From Takakia lepidozioides (lineage: Eukaryota > Plantae > Bryophyta), in NCBI GenBank assembly GCA_030704615.1, contig CM060732.1, positions 30,008,001 through 30,072,000 of the forward strand: a stretch of DNA of 64,000 nt. The letters run 5' to 3'. Positions 48,259 through 61,900 of this stretch are shown here, one piece after another. Below the pieces are notes generated by a model. That model was not told where the DNA came from and did not search any database. It saw only the letters and a list, made by a program, of their open reading frames with translations. The translations under genes were made by a program, and so were the position numbers. Every line of letters starts with the position of its first letter. Positions within the stretch are counted from its first letter, which is position 1.

Positions 48259-49447
48259 TCAACACTCATGTACACTCCGGACTTGGGTATCAGTGCCTTT
48301 TTTGGGGGGAATTACTTTTTGCCTCGGGTCTGCCACACCGTCTTGTATGCGCTTCTTCCCAGCTACCGTCACTCTATTTGGTGAAGCAGGTTCGTCCAAC
48401 TTCTTTGCCAATGCAACAGCCGTCTCCTTCATACCCTCCCAGAGCTGGCTAGCTCGGCTTCGCAACAAGACCTTGTCATGGGGTTTATTAACCCTGTGTG
48501 GTCCCGTTCTAGACGCTTCCTGCACTCCATGGATCGAACTGGCCCCTACCTTGGGGGTTATCACTACTCGACCACCCTTTGTGCTTGACCCCATGTTGTG
48601 TACCTGCGACGGACCACGAGCTGAGACCTCAGATGCCAAAACCTTCACACGAATATCAGACCACAAAAGATCAGCAATGGCCACCCAAATGCACCCGAAA
48701 AAAAATAATGGACTACAAAAATGCAATGGAATCAAACCTTTGTGGGCGCTGTGGATGTCTGCAATTCCGCCACTCCTGTGGCAGATACATCTTTGACTAC
48801 AGTGACTGGATCCAGAGAATGAAAAGTGATAGAAATATGTGCATGGGTTTCTAAAAGGTGTGCTGTGGGGTCTACCTTCTCAGTGGTGGAGTCGAAGATT
48901 GGTCTAACGTCAGTTGGGGGTCTACAGACGAGTCGGGGTCCACATACCTAAGTGGCAAAACGACCAAAGATGCATCATCATCTTCTGTAGACCCTGCCTC
49001 TAACAGATTGGGAAGGTCATAGTCCAAAGTGTCACAGTCATAGTCCATAGTTGCAATTGGAGCATTGGTTTGTACTATGGATAAATAAGCACTGACTGCT
49101 TCTTGGTACTGTGCAAGCTGTGTTGTGTCAGAATCTCTAATGGCAAAGATAAGGTCCAGGTCTTCATGAATGTCAGATGGTTTGATGTCATGCACTGGCA
49201 GGATCTGCTGATGTTGGGATGGTTTGATGTCATGCACTGGCAGGATCTGCTGATGTTGGAATGGTGAGGTGTCAGCGTCCATACCTACGTCGCGATGCAC
49301 TTCTGCGGTGGTGTTGTCAAGCAATGTACCAAGCAGGGTGTCCTTCAGCAAGGTCTGATCTTCTCTCCTCTGCTTCGGCAAGGTCTGATCAGGTCTACAC
49401 TGGTCGACACACACCACAAACCGTAAACGCATGCAATTTTTCCACAT
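48259..49447 (-). CDS. Accessory ORF segments of the MULE-like element, unknown function, with a 42-bp internal duplication
   Basis: ORFs 48872-49447 (QHQQILPVHDIKPS x2) and 48259-48735 read inward from the right terminus. Confidence 0.4.
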
Positions 49448-50232
49448 ATCGTCCTAAAAAATAAGCACGTCAGCACAAAACGAAGGCGAAAATAGTGGAA
49501 GCATATGCACAATGGTGGCTGTAGAGCCCCGCCAGCCCTCTCATGTTCAGGCACACCCTTCATCGTCATTAAAATCGCCATAAACAAGAAAAACAGCCGC
49601 ATGCGTGCAAAGTCACCTCCGCAACATTGGACAACAAAGAGCCGCAAGAACGAGACAACAAGAACGAGGGGCGAGTTCGTGGCGGGGTGTTACGATCTTC
49701 CATGCCCTAAACATGGATGGCGCGGATGGGTTTCTCAGAATGGACGATCCAGATCCTTCGGCCGGCACGGACTGGCAGACTGGGGGGCAGCAGACGGGCA
49801 CAACGGACTGTTGGGTGGACTTGCGGGAATTGGCACAGCGGATTGGTGTGCACAGCAGACTGGCTGGCAGATTGGCGGTTTGGCGGACTGAGGGGAATTG
49901 GACTCACGGGCAGCGAACTGGCGGGCGGACTGGGGGCGCGGCTGGTGGGGCCGCGGCAGCAGGTGGGCGACCGTGCGCAGTAGCGGGCGGGGGTCCGGGT
50001 GGGGGAGCCGGGCATCCGTGCGCGGGGCCCACCGGTCAGCTCGCCCGTGCGCCATAACGTCCCAATTATTGTAAAATGAGAGGCGCCACACGGCCGTCCT
50101 TTCTGCATGTACACCGGGGTCAGCACTACGGAAGCCCAAAAGAGCCATTCTGGAAAAGATTCCAAAATACCATGGACCTGAAGAAGACAAGATGCCAAAA
50201 ACCATAGGACTTGGGAAGAATATTCTTTAATC

Positions 50233-51040
50233 TCAAGATAAGATTCTCTTTTCAACGACATTATTAAGAGAATCTCTTTTATACTCAAGGCAAGATTCTT
50301 TATCAGGCATGGTTCCTTCCTCTTCATCCTCTGTATCGTCTTCATCCCCCATTATGTCACATGGTTGGGCTGCTGTATGATCAATTGGGAGTATCAACGG
50401 GGAGGGCTGATTGAACGATTCACGAAGTATAGTTGAATAGGCGTGAACACCCTCGGGTGGCAATATTGTCGGATCAGGACAGTAGACGATAAAGACTAGA
50501 GGTGACAATGAACCCCATGCAGCCCCTTCCTCTCAGAAGGGTGTGAGGTGGTAGCATCCCAATCAATCTCCTTGACCTCCTGTAAAGCATGCCTGATGGT
50601 GGGGTTGTAGAAGTATAGGCATACTCTCTCAACCTAGAAAAGAACCTAGCCACCTCGTATTCCACCGTACCTTGTGCAAATGGTATCGGATGATGAGCGC
50701 CACCCCACCTTGTGGTAGAAGGTAAGGCAATCAACACTGAAGGAAGGTCTGCTGGCCAAACTTGAACAGTTGGGATCAGTTTGTGTTGAATTTGAGTCAC
50801 CTTGCAGATTGAGGGAGTGTGTACAATCTTCTAGCAATGTCACGAGCCTGATTTGGCTTCTCTTGAAACAGACATGGGCACTTGTGGAGAACCAAATCTG
50901 GGGGAAAATGCAAAATCCTGACCTCTTGCTTGGATTTGTTGTGGAAATACTGACACCCGAGCTGCTTGTGGTAGATGTCCACGACCACGACCACGTGGCT
51001 GCAGTGGGTTCTGATTGCTGTTATTCCCCCTTGCCATTTC
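50233..51040 (-). pseudogene. Fragmented unknown coding sequence divergent from the IS3EU-like transposase
   Basis: Overlapping protein-like ORFs 50797-50994, 50474-50800 and 50233-50508 (acidic tail). Confidence 0.35.
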
Positions 51041-51840
51041 TGTAAGCAAAAAAAATGTGTGCAAGAAGGAAACTGAAGAGCTTCCCTGAATCAGTAAAGA
51101 ATACCCAAAAGCCTGAAAATGGTCACATGGCTTTTCATGACTGTTGCAATGTGCTGATCAGTGTAACTGAACTATCTGAACAATAGAAGAATAGAAGAAA
51201 GGAATGAAGAAGACGAATTGAAGAAGGTTTGAGAGAAAATCGGACTGCGAGAAGAAGAAAGAAGGTAGAAAACGTGGTGTGTAGTGAAGATGTGGATGAA
51301 AGATGGATGAGGTTTTTGGATGAGCTCTTGGAAGTGCTTGATTTCATTCTGATAAATGGATTATATTGTAAAACGTTTGGATTGACGAAAAATAATAGTT
51401 TAATGTTTCTCACTAGATAATATTCATTCTGTTTTTTGTGGAATGTCAATTTAATCTCCTAGCTGGCTTTCATAGTTATCTTCATTGTTAGGAGGTGTGA
51501 GAGTACCCAACCCTCTCTTGTTGACTTAGTATTGTCTTTCTCCTTGATTCCCTCCTTTGACATTAGGAGGGCGACTGTCTCATGTTCACTGTCCCCTAGG
51601 TATCTCCTACATGGATTGCTGTGTGATTAGGCCTCATGGCAGGCTTGTAAGGGTAATTTATTTCCCTTCAAATAATTCTGAAGTAAAGTTCCCAGGGGAC
51701 AGTGGACTGTCCCCTGTTCTTTAAAAATAAAATAAAATAAAGTAGGTCATGGATTTCCATACTTTATTTATTTTTTAATTCATTTTAATTGGGGGTTTCA
51801 TATGTATCTTTTGTGTGTGTGGTGTCTTGGGCTTGTGAAG

Positions 51841-53330
51841 ATGGCCATGGAGCTTCCACGAGGCAATGCAAATGAGAGGACGGATTTAGTTGATTATGTT
51901 CAAAGCATGTTGGAAGATGGAGTGCCACTTAAAAACATTGCCGAAGCATTAGGTATGAGTGATCCACGACGCTTGAAGCGTTTAATGACCAAGGCGTTGG
52001 GGTTCAATTTCAAAGTGTTTCACCACTCAAGCATGGAAGAATTATGCCAGACTATACATGAGTCCATGAGAATGGGTTAATTGGGGGATCAAGCAAGTGA
52101 GAACTGCACTTGGAATGCGACACTTACGGGTGCCAACCCAACAGGTGGCTGCTGCCTTGCGGATAATTTCTGGCTATCACTATGAGCGAAGGCGAAGGGC
52201 ACGACAATTGCGAAGGTTGCAATATAACGTCACAATTCCGATGGCCCTAAGGCGCATAGATTGTAAGTGCTTCAGTGTTCCCCAATACTCGTGGTTTCAA
52301 TAGCTATGAATGATATGTGAGGATACATTCACCGACATCTTTATGCATCTTTCTCAAAACATCTAAAAGAATTTTAAGGATTATATGTAATGTGAAATTT
52401 CTTGTTTGTGCAGCGTATGACAAGCTAGTGATGTACGTTTTTCGTGTACATGCTGGCATAGATGGTGCATCACATTATGTGTTCTGGGCCAAAGTAGCGT
52501 TGGACAAAAAGCAGGAGACAATTTTTGAAGGATACAAGGAGGCAGTTGATGTTTTTGGAACCCCTCTTCGGATTCGTTCGGATTTTGCTGCGGAGCATGT
52601 TTTGATCAAAGAACACATTGAGAGTGTGCGGGCAGACACACGTAATTCTTTCGTGACTGGATTGTCAACAAAGAATCAGGTGGTCCATCTATTTCTTTGA
52701 ATAATGAATGTTATGTTCATGAATTATCATTTTGTGTTGGTAGTTTTCTCATGTGGCATTTGTTTCCATGTGCTTAGCGTATCGAGCATTGGTGGCGTCA
52801 CCTCTGGGAACGAGTCATGTTCTTTTACAAGAACTGTTTCCAAGCGATGGAGAGTGCTGGAATTCTTGACATAGATGACCCTTTCCAAAGGCAATCGTTC
52901 ATTACAATGTATCATCCAATATTACAAGATGCTGTCAATGAATATGTTGCAATTTGGAATAGACATGAGTACAAAGAATAAACGAGAATGGGCGATATCG
53001 GGCCACTCACGTACCTGCTTGTTATTTTACAGAGTATGAGCGTCATCGCGGGTATGTTCCACTGTTTTGCTTTGCTTGGATCAATATTGCACTTGTTGAG
53101 TCACTTTGCAAAGTTGTTTTGGAAATATCATATTGAATAACACTTTAATATTCCTTATTTATAGGTGGAGCACTCATATTGACGATTTGCATATCAATGG
53201 ACCTCCTGATGACATTGGAACTCAAGATGGACCTAGAGGGAATCAACAATGGCGTCCTCGCAGGACAAGAAACGAGTTGTCCCAAGTTGTTCCTCCCGAG
53301 CTTCCTCCTAATCTAGCTACTTAGGGACAT
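51841..53330 (+). pseudogene. Intron-containing integrase-core DDE transposase, IS3EU-like
   Basis: Spliced RIDSYDKL...HAGIDGASH...PLRIRSD...SFVTGLSTKNQ|RIEHWWR...GILD...WNRH. GT-AG introns 52263-52413 and 52680-52777. Frameshifts near 52075 and 52967. Confidence 0.8.
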
Positions 53331-53559
53331 GGCATATGATGTAGGGAAGGTTGGAAAAAACTCTGTGGAGTGTTTTGACCTACATTACTATTTGAGCGGT
53401 TATTGTCACATTGCAACAGAGGAAAGTCTATTTGGCAGACATCGATGTGATGGAGGTGTGTGCTCCAAGTAGAGAGGCGCATGAGTTACTGATAGTCTTT
53501 TTTTCCCAATGACAATGTTTTTGCAATGTGGTGGTTACTGATTCAAGATGTTATTGGCT

Positions 53560-55800
53560 TGGGAGGTGCAGCTGGAAAAATTTCAGTATGACAGCGAGTG
53601 ATTTGAAGTCTAATCACAAGTCAGCTGCAATTAAGTGCAGTAGACAGCGGTCAAGTTCTGCTGCCATCTTCAGCACACTCTCTTCTTCATCCTCACATGC
53701 TGCCACAGCTGCTTCATCTGCTTTTGCATGCATCTGGTGGCATCCAGTGCATATGGCTGATCAATGGCCACACTTCTCATAGGGACTGCTTGGTAGACAA
53801 GCTAGACCACCAAGTCAGAATACCTGAAGCAGCTAAGCCTAAATGCATTTTTGGTAGTGGATAGTGGCAAGGCATGGAGCTTCATGCAAGCAAGACGAGA
53901 GGCTTAGGAGCTTGAGGAAGATTTTTTGTTTAGGCCGTACGTTTGTAAGATGCACTATACCCCATAAATACTCATTTTCCAAGATAGCTGCTCCCCAAGT
54001 CTCAGTGTGCCACAGAATATGCTCACAACTGCCTTAGGAACCACCTGTACATAAGAACATGCCACCTGTTCTATTAATTTAGTCCTCAATGTCTGTCAGT
54101 CTAGAACACATCATCATACTACTCACACCCCAGATCCTTCCAGGAATAAATGGGTGTGCCAACCACGCTCTCTCATTCCCAAAAGAGCTGGCAGGTGTGT
54201 CTCTGTCTCCTTGTATGCTTGCTCTAAGACCGCTCCCCGGGCTCCTTCACGGCCACTCAAGTGCTCTTTATCCTTGCTTAGTCTTGCAACATGGGCTGCC
54301 AACAACCAACCACGGACAGCATCCTCCCCTGTTGCTAATTGGTGTAACACCAGGTCTGTTGACTTCTCCCCAAAGCTCAACAAAACCGTTCATTCTGGGA
54401 GAGAGAGGGAGGACACCTTCATGAAGTCAGCCACCAGCATGGCAGTGCGTTGTGCATTGGGGGCTGCCCGTATCTCCTGTGTCACACTGTATGAATGGAT
54501 GGCTGAAAGCAAAGGTGCCGATAACAACTGCCACATCAAACCTCTTAGAACATCAAACCTCCTTAGAATCTTATACAACACCAAACCCCCTTTCTCAAGG
54601 TATAACAAAGCAAGCTCGAAAGGTGAATAGGAGGGGATGGCATCTTGCATATGCAGAATGATTGGTTGCACAAAATTGGCCTATATATTAAGTAGACAGA
54701 TACATGTGCAGATACAAAGAATGGATTGGGTAAATAGCATTTACAAACCTATCGCAAAAATAGTAACCAAGGGCTTCAAACAATATTTTTCCCAATGTCG
54801 TCTTCGCACTGCCCATCATGCCTGCAACAGCAACCAAGAAATCTATAAGTCACCATTGTGCACACACAGCAGCCAAACAGCATAAACAGCTGTCTTGTTC
54901 TAAAAAACATTTGATGTTCTCAGCAAATAATATTTGACAATGTGGTCAGTAGGGGCACTCATTCCAATAAAACGACACTACAGCTGCCTGTACAGGAAAG
55001 GATGTAAGTTCAAGCTCACTCAGTTGGAGTTTCCACCTCTATACCATGAAGTTACGGTCCCATTGCCAAGCGGCTGTCACAGTACACCGGTAAATGTCAG
55101 TCCCCAGAACACCCCATTGCCTTCGATCAATCAGGAGTAAACGTCAGAAAATAATCCTACTTGCAGTCTCCACTTCCATTTGGTCTCTCTCTCAGGTAGA
55201 CAATGTCTGTCAGGGAGTCAAATGCACATTTGCACATCTACACGGAAATCAAGAAACAAATCTGCAACATACTCCAGTCTGGTGGAAACTGTTCTGACAC
55301 AATCTCTCCCATTAGTACAACTCTACCTCCTATTACATAGTATTGCTGCAGCAGAATGATAAATAAAACTGCTTGCTGGCATTTAACTTTGGAGAGACCA
55401 ATGTGATTCCTAGTGGACCAGCTTACCACACTTGCTTTGATTACATAAGTAAACCATCCTTAAGAAACATGTCGTTCAGGGGAATTACCAACTCATCTAC
55501 GGCCGCCACACTATCCTGAATGTAGAGCTCACTGGCCTTGACATTTCGGAGAGAGACTCCAACCCTGGAATCAGGTCTTGCTGCTTCCCACCTACACGCA
55601 CCTTGCCATGAAACACGTCCAAAGCGATCCGATGACGATGACACGGATTGCCAAGTTCCCTTTTCAATAAGAGATGACGACAATGGCAATCTCTGCCGTA
55701 CAAAGCCCCCCTTCACCGGAAGGTAGGGGGTTGGAGGCATGAGTGACTACGGCCAACTGCTGCTCATGGCCTGCTAGTACTACAATTGGACCTGCCAAAG
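53560..55800 (-). pseudogene. Probable multi-exon gene of unknown function convergent with the transposase
   Basis: Protein-like ORF segments 55441-55740, 54390-54671 and 54123-54383 alternate with intron-like stretches. Confidence 0.35.
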
Positions 55801-56330
55801 ATGAAACAAATCTCTGCAAGGCCATTCAAGTTTTATTAGGCAATGAGACTTTGTGACACCACTTCCACTTTCAAACAAATTCACATTGGGAAAGGGCTAA
55901 GGCAAGCTACGGATGTACTGGGGCCTATCTTGCTGGGCAAGTCAGAATTGCAGTCAGAATTGCAAACGTGTTGCTGCAAAAACAGGAATTTTGAGGTGAG
56001 GCAGCCAATCTTCTTGCAGACCGAAAGCCGTAAAGTATGGAAAAGGACATAGATGGGCAGGATTGCTCAGTCGTTAGAATGGGAAATGTCATACCTGCAA
56101 GCCAGCTTCAGAGTAAACTCCGCATCAACCACTGCACGACACTCAAATTTCGTAAATCACCGAGTTTTTTCAAGACCAGAGTTTGCTTGGTGTACCCTCT
56201 CGATCTGGGAAGAGCTCCTCTGCCGCAGAGGAGCAGCGGCAAAACTCCCGCCTTGAGTTGCGAACCCCTAAACCGGGTGGTTCCCTTCTTTGTTCCCTGA
56301 TTTTCGAAGAATATTAAAACGTATTATGTA

Positions 56331-56530
56331 CATGTGGCCTAAGGTCTTAGGGCCTGAGGTCATGTGGCCTAGGGTTTTAGGGCCTGAGGTCATGTGGCCT
56401 AGGGTCTTAGGTGAGGTCATGTGGCCTAAGGTTCTAGGGCCTGAGATCATGTGGCATAGGATGGGGATCCTAGGGCTTGAGGTCCCACGGTCTGAGGCTG
56501 AGGTCACGTGGCTTGAGGTCTACGGCCTGA
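56331..56530. repeat. ~30-bp minisatellite CATGTGGCCTAGGGT(C/T)TTAGGGCCTGAGGT
   Basis: About 4.5 tandem units followed by degenerate copies. Confidence 0.9.
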
Positions 56531-57669
56531 AGTTTTTTTTATGACTGCCCATCCCTTATATTTTTTCAGGCCTCTCATTTTAAGATAATAGGGTCTTCAA
56601 TGGGCACGTGCGATGTGGCCGGTGGGCCCCGCGCACGGACGCCCGGCTCCCCAGCACCCCGCCCGCCCCGCCCGCCGCTGCGCGCGGTCGCCCAGCCGCG
56701 GGCGCGGATGCAGCAACCGCGCCCACGCCCCCGTCCGCCGCGCGACCAGTCCCCTGCCCATGAGTCCGCTGCCCTCTAGTCTGCCAGTCCGCTGTTGGCC
56801 AGTCCGCTACCCAGCAGTCTGCCAGTCCGCCAGTCTGCCCGCCAGTCCCCTGCCATCCAGTCCGATGACGGCGCAGGATCGCCACCGTCCATTCCCATAA
56901 CCCATCCGAGCCCTCCATTTTTAGGGCTGCGAAAATGGCAATGATCTTCCCACCAAATCCCGGCCGCTCTCTATTGACGGCTGTTTGTTGTCCGATGTTG
57001 CGGTAGGCGTTTCCATGCACGCGATTGTTCCTCTTTTGCGCGCGATGTTCATGATGATGATGAAGCGTGTGCTTGAACATGAGAGGACTGTTTGGGCACT
57101 ACAGCCACCATCGTGCATATGCTTCTACTATTTTTGCCTTCTTGTTGTGCTTTCGGGAACCTTCGTTTTATGGTTTGGTTCTATGTCATAAATATGGAAA
57201 ATGCGGACATCTGTCGTCGATAACGTCCTCTGCTTGTGATCCGTCATGATACGTTTAGCCCCTTCGTACTGCATCCCTCATGAGAGCCTTCACAAGTTTA
57301 GTTCGTTAAAGGAACCCATGGGTAACATGGGCGCGAAAATGGTGGAAGCGTATGCACATGGGGACGTGTATTGCAGATTTCGTATCGGACGATGGGACTG
57401 TTTATGTGACCAAGTATAGCGGCTTGCATCCGTCGTGCATAAGTTGTGGAAAAGGGTGGAGAAACTGAAGAAACCCAGCTTTGTGATGGATCCACATGGT
57501 ATTATGTAAGGGATGGCAGCACAAAAAAGCAATTCGAGTCGTCACGGAACACCATCCAGTCGTAAGGTCCTCAAACATCCACACACACCTGCTGAATGCA
57601 GATGTCTGAGCCACGACGGGAGATGTCTGAGACAATTGCATCTGCAAATGCGCGTAGATGTTTGAGGTC

Positions 57670-58295
57670 CGTTGTGTCGCGAGTCTGTTCACAGTGGGTC
57701 CGCTGGCCCGTCAGTGCTCCGGATATTCCCCTTATCGCGTGCATAACAGTCAGTTTGGAGGCGGTCTGCTGGAAGTCCGTCTGTTGGGATAGCAGTCTGT
57801 TGCACTTGTGAATTTGTCAGTCTGTTGTGTCGGAAGTCTGTTACACTAAGTCTGTTTGACTTCTTATTTTCCCTCCGGTCAGTCTTTTGGCTTGTTCTCC
57901 CGCCAGTCTGGCGAAACGTCCGTCTGCTGGACAGTTCTCCTCTATGGATATCAGTCTGTTGGACTGTGCATGCATCAGTCTGTTGTGTCGCGAGTCTGTT
58001 CACAGTGGGTCCGCTGGCCCGTCAGTGCTCCGGATATTTCCCTTATCGCGTGCATAACAGTCAGTTTGGAGGCGGTCTGCTGGAAGTCCGTCTGTTGGGA
58101 TATCAGTCTGTTGCACTTGTGAATTTGTCAGTATGTTGTGTCGGAAGTCTATTGCACTAAGTCTGTTTGACTTTTTATTTTCCCTCCGATCAGTCTTTTG
58201 GCTTGTTCTCCCGCCAGTCTGGCGAAACGTCCGTCTGCTGGACAATTCTCCTCTATGGATATCAGTCTGTTGGACTGTGCATGCATCAGTCTGTT
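57670..58295. repeat. 311-bp direct tandem duplication, CAGTCTG-rich
   Basis: gttgtgtcgcgagtctgttcacagtggg recurs at a 311-bp offset; related sequence also near 62820-63800. Confidence 0.9.
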
Positions 58296-58922
58296 GTGCC
58301 GCAAGTCTGTTCGCAATGGGTGTGTTCGACTTTCCTGTTCTCCCCTTACTCTCTTTTGTCTTCATTCCGCTGGCAGGGAAGTGCCTCCAATATGAAGCCG
58401 CTTCGCCTCAGCAAAGCGAATAGTCCGCTGGACTGGCGGTCCGGTGGACTCTCGGCCCGATGGGAAATGAGTCTGCTGCATTTGCGAGGAGCGTGGATGA
58501 ATTTAGTACGATCCGTTCATTCGGTGGACGTATTCAATGCGATGACGGCGGATAGTTGGCGCATGTGAAATTGCGCCACGTTGGCAGTGCCATCACTTTC
58601 CCCCTTCTACTTCTACTTTCTCCATTCTCTTCGCGCCTATTTCTTCGCACAGTTTTGCACTTCTTTGTTTTCCTCTTTGCGTTTCCATCACCATAACGAA
58701 AGACGACCGTTCTTCCCCAGGTGTGGAGAGTCGCGGTGAGCCGCGAAGCGTCGCAAACACGCTCGCCTTCGTAACAACTCGAAGTTCATCGGCTCGGTGA
58801 GGTTCTGACTTGTTGCGGTGTTTCCATTCCATTCTGTGTCCTCTTCTTGCTTAGGGTGAGTCTTTTCATAAGACTTCTATCTGTCGCTCATTGTCCTTGC
58901 ACCTTCGTTTCATTCTGCATCG

Positions 58923-61900
58923 ATGGAGGATGCTTGTGAAAAAGGTGGAGCGGACTGGTTGGATTTTGTGCACCAAACCAGACTGAAGAAGGAGCGAAGG
59001 TACTGGTACTCACCAGACGAGTTTGATCATAAAATAGTGGAAGCATTTGTAGACCTCCGCGCCCGGAAGCCCAAAAACTCGAATTGATAGAAGGACAAGC
59101 TCTTATGTCCCTTCTGCGAAGAGGTAATCAAGGACAAAATCCAACTAAATCGGCATTGTGTTGACACGGGTTGCAAGGAGACTGTTGCAATGATTCCACG
59201 GGATTTCAAGCCTTGGCCGATACTGAAAGAAATGTCGATTGTCAAAGAGGCCACAATGCGCTTGCGCGGATCAGTGCTTGACCCCCGCACTTTGGAATTA
59301 GACGAAGTGCGCGCACGGTATGGCGTCCAATGTGGTGGCCCGTCAATGGAGGATTTGCAAGTGCAGGGAACGCTGGACGCTCCCAGAAAACATAAACTGA
59401 GTGATGGGGCCCAAAAAAAAAAGAGGCAAAAAAAGGAGAAGGCTGCAAGGTCTGCTCGCGAGGCAAGTGCAAAATCCACGCAACAGACTGAACCCCGTCC
59501 TGGGCGGCAGACCCACACCATCAGTACTGATACTGAAAGTGAATCTGCTCAGGGCCTGGAAGGGGTGACAAGTCCAGTGGACATTGACTTGCCTGACCAG
59601 ACTCGGCAGCAGACTCACACAAATATCGCGACCCATGCCATCGGTTTAGGGTCAAAACCAAAAACTCAATAGAGCACTGAAGGGCCAGTCTGCCCTGGCA
59701 CATTGCGCCTCGTTGACTTTGGGCTTTTCCCACCAGAGTGCCCACCAATTGGGGATCCAGACTTCTTCCGTTATTTCTACAGAGTTGCCCAGTCAGGTCT
59801 GCTACGCACATTAATCCGACAGGCGGAACAGAACTGGTTGAACAGCTTTGAAGATGAAGATGACGATGATGAAGTAGAGGAGGTAATGGTCAGTCTGACC
59901 GCCCAGTCTGTTCTCTGTGCTGTTTGAGTCCATCATCGGGGTCACGTTGCCTATTCAGTCTGGTCAGTCCCCTGCGTTCTCTCCTCAGTCCGCTGGCTCA
60001 GTCCGCTCGTCAGTTAGTCTGTTTTATATCGTTGCATTACTTACTGAGTCCGTTTGTCAGTCCGCTGGTCCAGTCCACTGGTATAGTCTACTAGTTGCAT
60101 CCACCCTACGTACGCTCGTTACAGTCTGCTGGTGTGTGAGTCCAGTCCGCTGCATGTGGTGAATATAGAGTCCACGTCCATGTTCATGACGTCGAAGTTC
60201 TCTGCCGTGTACCAGGATGAACGTGTTTCTATTCGTAGGGCCATTCAGGCTTGGCGGATACCTAGCAATGATGCTCCTTTACAAGCGACTGCAGTGCGTG
60301 CGGAAGTGGACCGCGTGCGAGAGTACATATTATTGAAGTATCCTGGGTCATCTGCTGCTATAGCGGCATTACATATTGAAGACGCGTCGGGGGGGAATGC
60401 GTCTGGGACAGCCGAGTCTGCCATCCAGCAGACTCCCATTCAGCAGGCCGTCATCCAGCAGACTCCCGTTCAGCAACCTGTCATCCAGCAGACTCCCAAC
60501 GAGCAGCCTGTCATCCTGCAGACTCCTCTCCAGGAGCCCATCATGCAGCCCATGCCAATGGGAAGTCCTGTCATCCAACAGACTGCGGACCAGCAGACTG
60601 CCTTTCTCTCACATAGCACGGCGCTTTTTGCAGTTTGGCGATCGCCATCACCGGTAATTCGCCCCGGAGCTGAAGACCTCACACTTCCCCGACTTAGGGT
60701 GGGAGAAATTAATCCCCATTTGGATTGGCATGATGAGCTCCACCGGATCATTGCGGACCGCCGGTGGTCATTTGTACCCTTTCATTATTCCATGGAGTTT
60801 TCTATTGAGGAAGCCAACCATGTTCTAGAAGCCGCCTCTGCTGTTGCCATTGAAGCCACAAGCGACCAAAATGCGCCGCCTCTACTTGTGCAGCTGATTC
60901 TCATGGATGACCCACGGCCTGAAGACCTCAGACATATGCCTATGGCACATCCAATTTTTGGGGTGCGAAGAAAGCACTTGTTCGGATTGACTGAGGAGGA
61001 CTTTGAGCGCATGGCAGCTTCCTTCCTACAACACAGATGGATGCAATTTGGCAATTTCCGTTCATACAACAAGTTGATGAAGGATCTGCATAGTTTGAGG
61101 ATGGACTTACTCCATGGAACAGACCATTCACAGAAGTTTGTGGTGGATGAGGCATTGCACTGGTTTGCATTGGTGATGGAGCGAGCAGTATTGGACATTG
61201 TTTTGCAGAATCCCAATGTCTTCAAAGTCCTGTGGTGTGGGATCCCAACTGAAGACCGCATCGGCGCCATTGCTCATCTCGATGGAGCATGCCTATGCCG
61301 GCAAATCAAGGACATTGGCCTCGTTGGAAATCTCTTGGAATGTAAAATGTTATGGGCAACTTTCGTGTTTCAGCTCAATTTCTTTTGCCAACTTTTTTAC
61401 AAGTTCACATTTGCATAAACATGTGTTGCAGGGCGAGTTGATCTGGGAGACAAGCAAGTGCAGGCTGCTTTTGACTCTTTTGCTAGAGGTGCAAAGGACC
61501 TTGTCCTGGCTTTACAAGGAGTTCGGGAGACTGTCCAGCAGACTGGCCACAAGAATGTCGAACAACATATTCCCCATGACACATGTGGGCAGACTGCCCA
61601 AGTGCTGGAGACCGAGCATGTGCACCAGACCGTCCCGGGTAATAGGCCGGATCACTTCCAGCAGACTGCCCCTCAGCAAACTGTACAGCAGACCGTGCAG
61701 CAGGTCGACAAATCCAGCCAGCAGATTGCCCATCAGCAGACCGTGCAGCAGACCGACGAATCCAGCCAGCAGATTGCCCCTCAGCAGACTGTGCAGCACA
61801 CTGGCGAACCTACTCAGCAGATGGCCGAGCAAACTATCCATGAGACTAACAACCAGTCCGTTCCCTGGATTGTGCAACAGACTCGGATGCACTGGCCTCA

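Larger units (their letters stand above)
41815..50085 (+). mobile_element. MULE-like element with imperfect TIRs, transposase and convergent accessory ORF
   Basis: Left GGCCTCTCATTTTTGAATAATTGGGAG; right CCCAATTATTGTAAAATGAGAGGC; GC-rich subtermini; no TSD seen. Confidence 0.65.

Noticed and set aside
56331-56460. Interstitial telomeric repeat (TTTAGGG within the minisatellite)
   Set aside because: Only isolated TTAGGG words inside a 30-bp unit, not a tandem telomere tract
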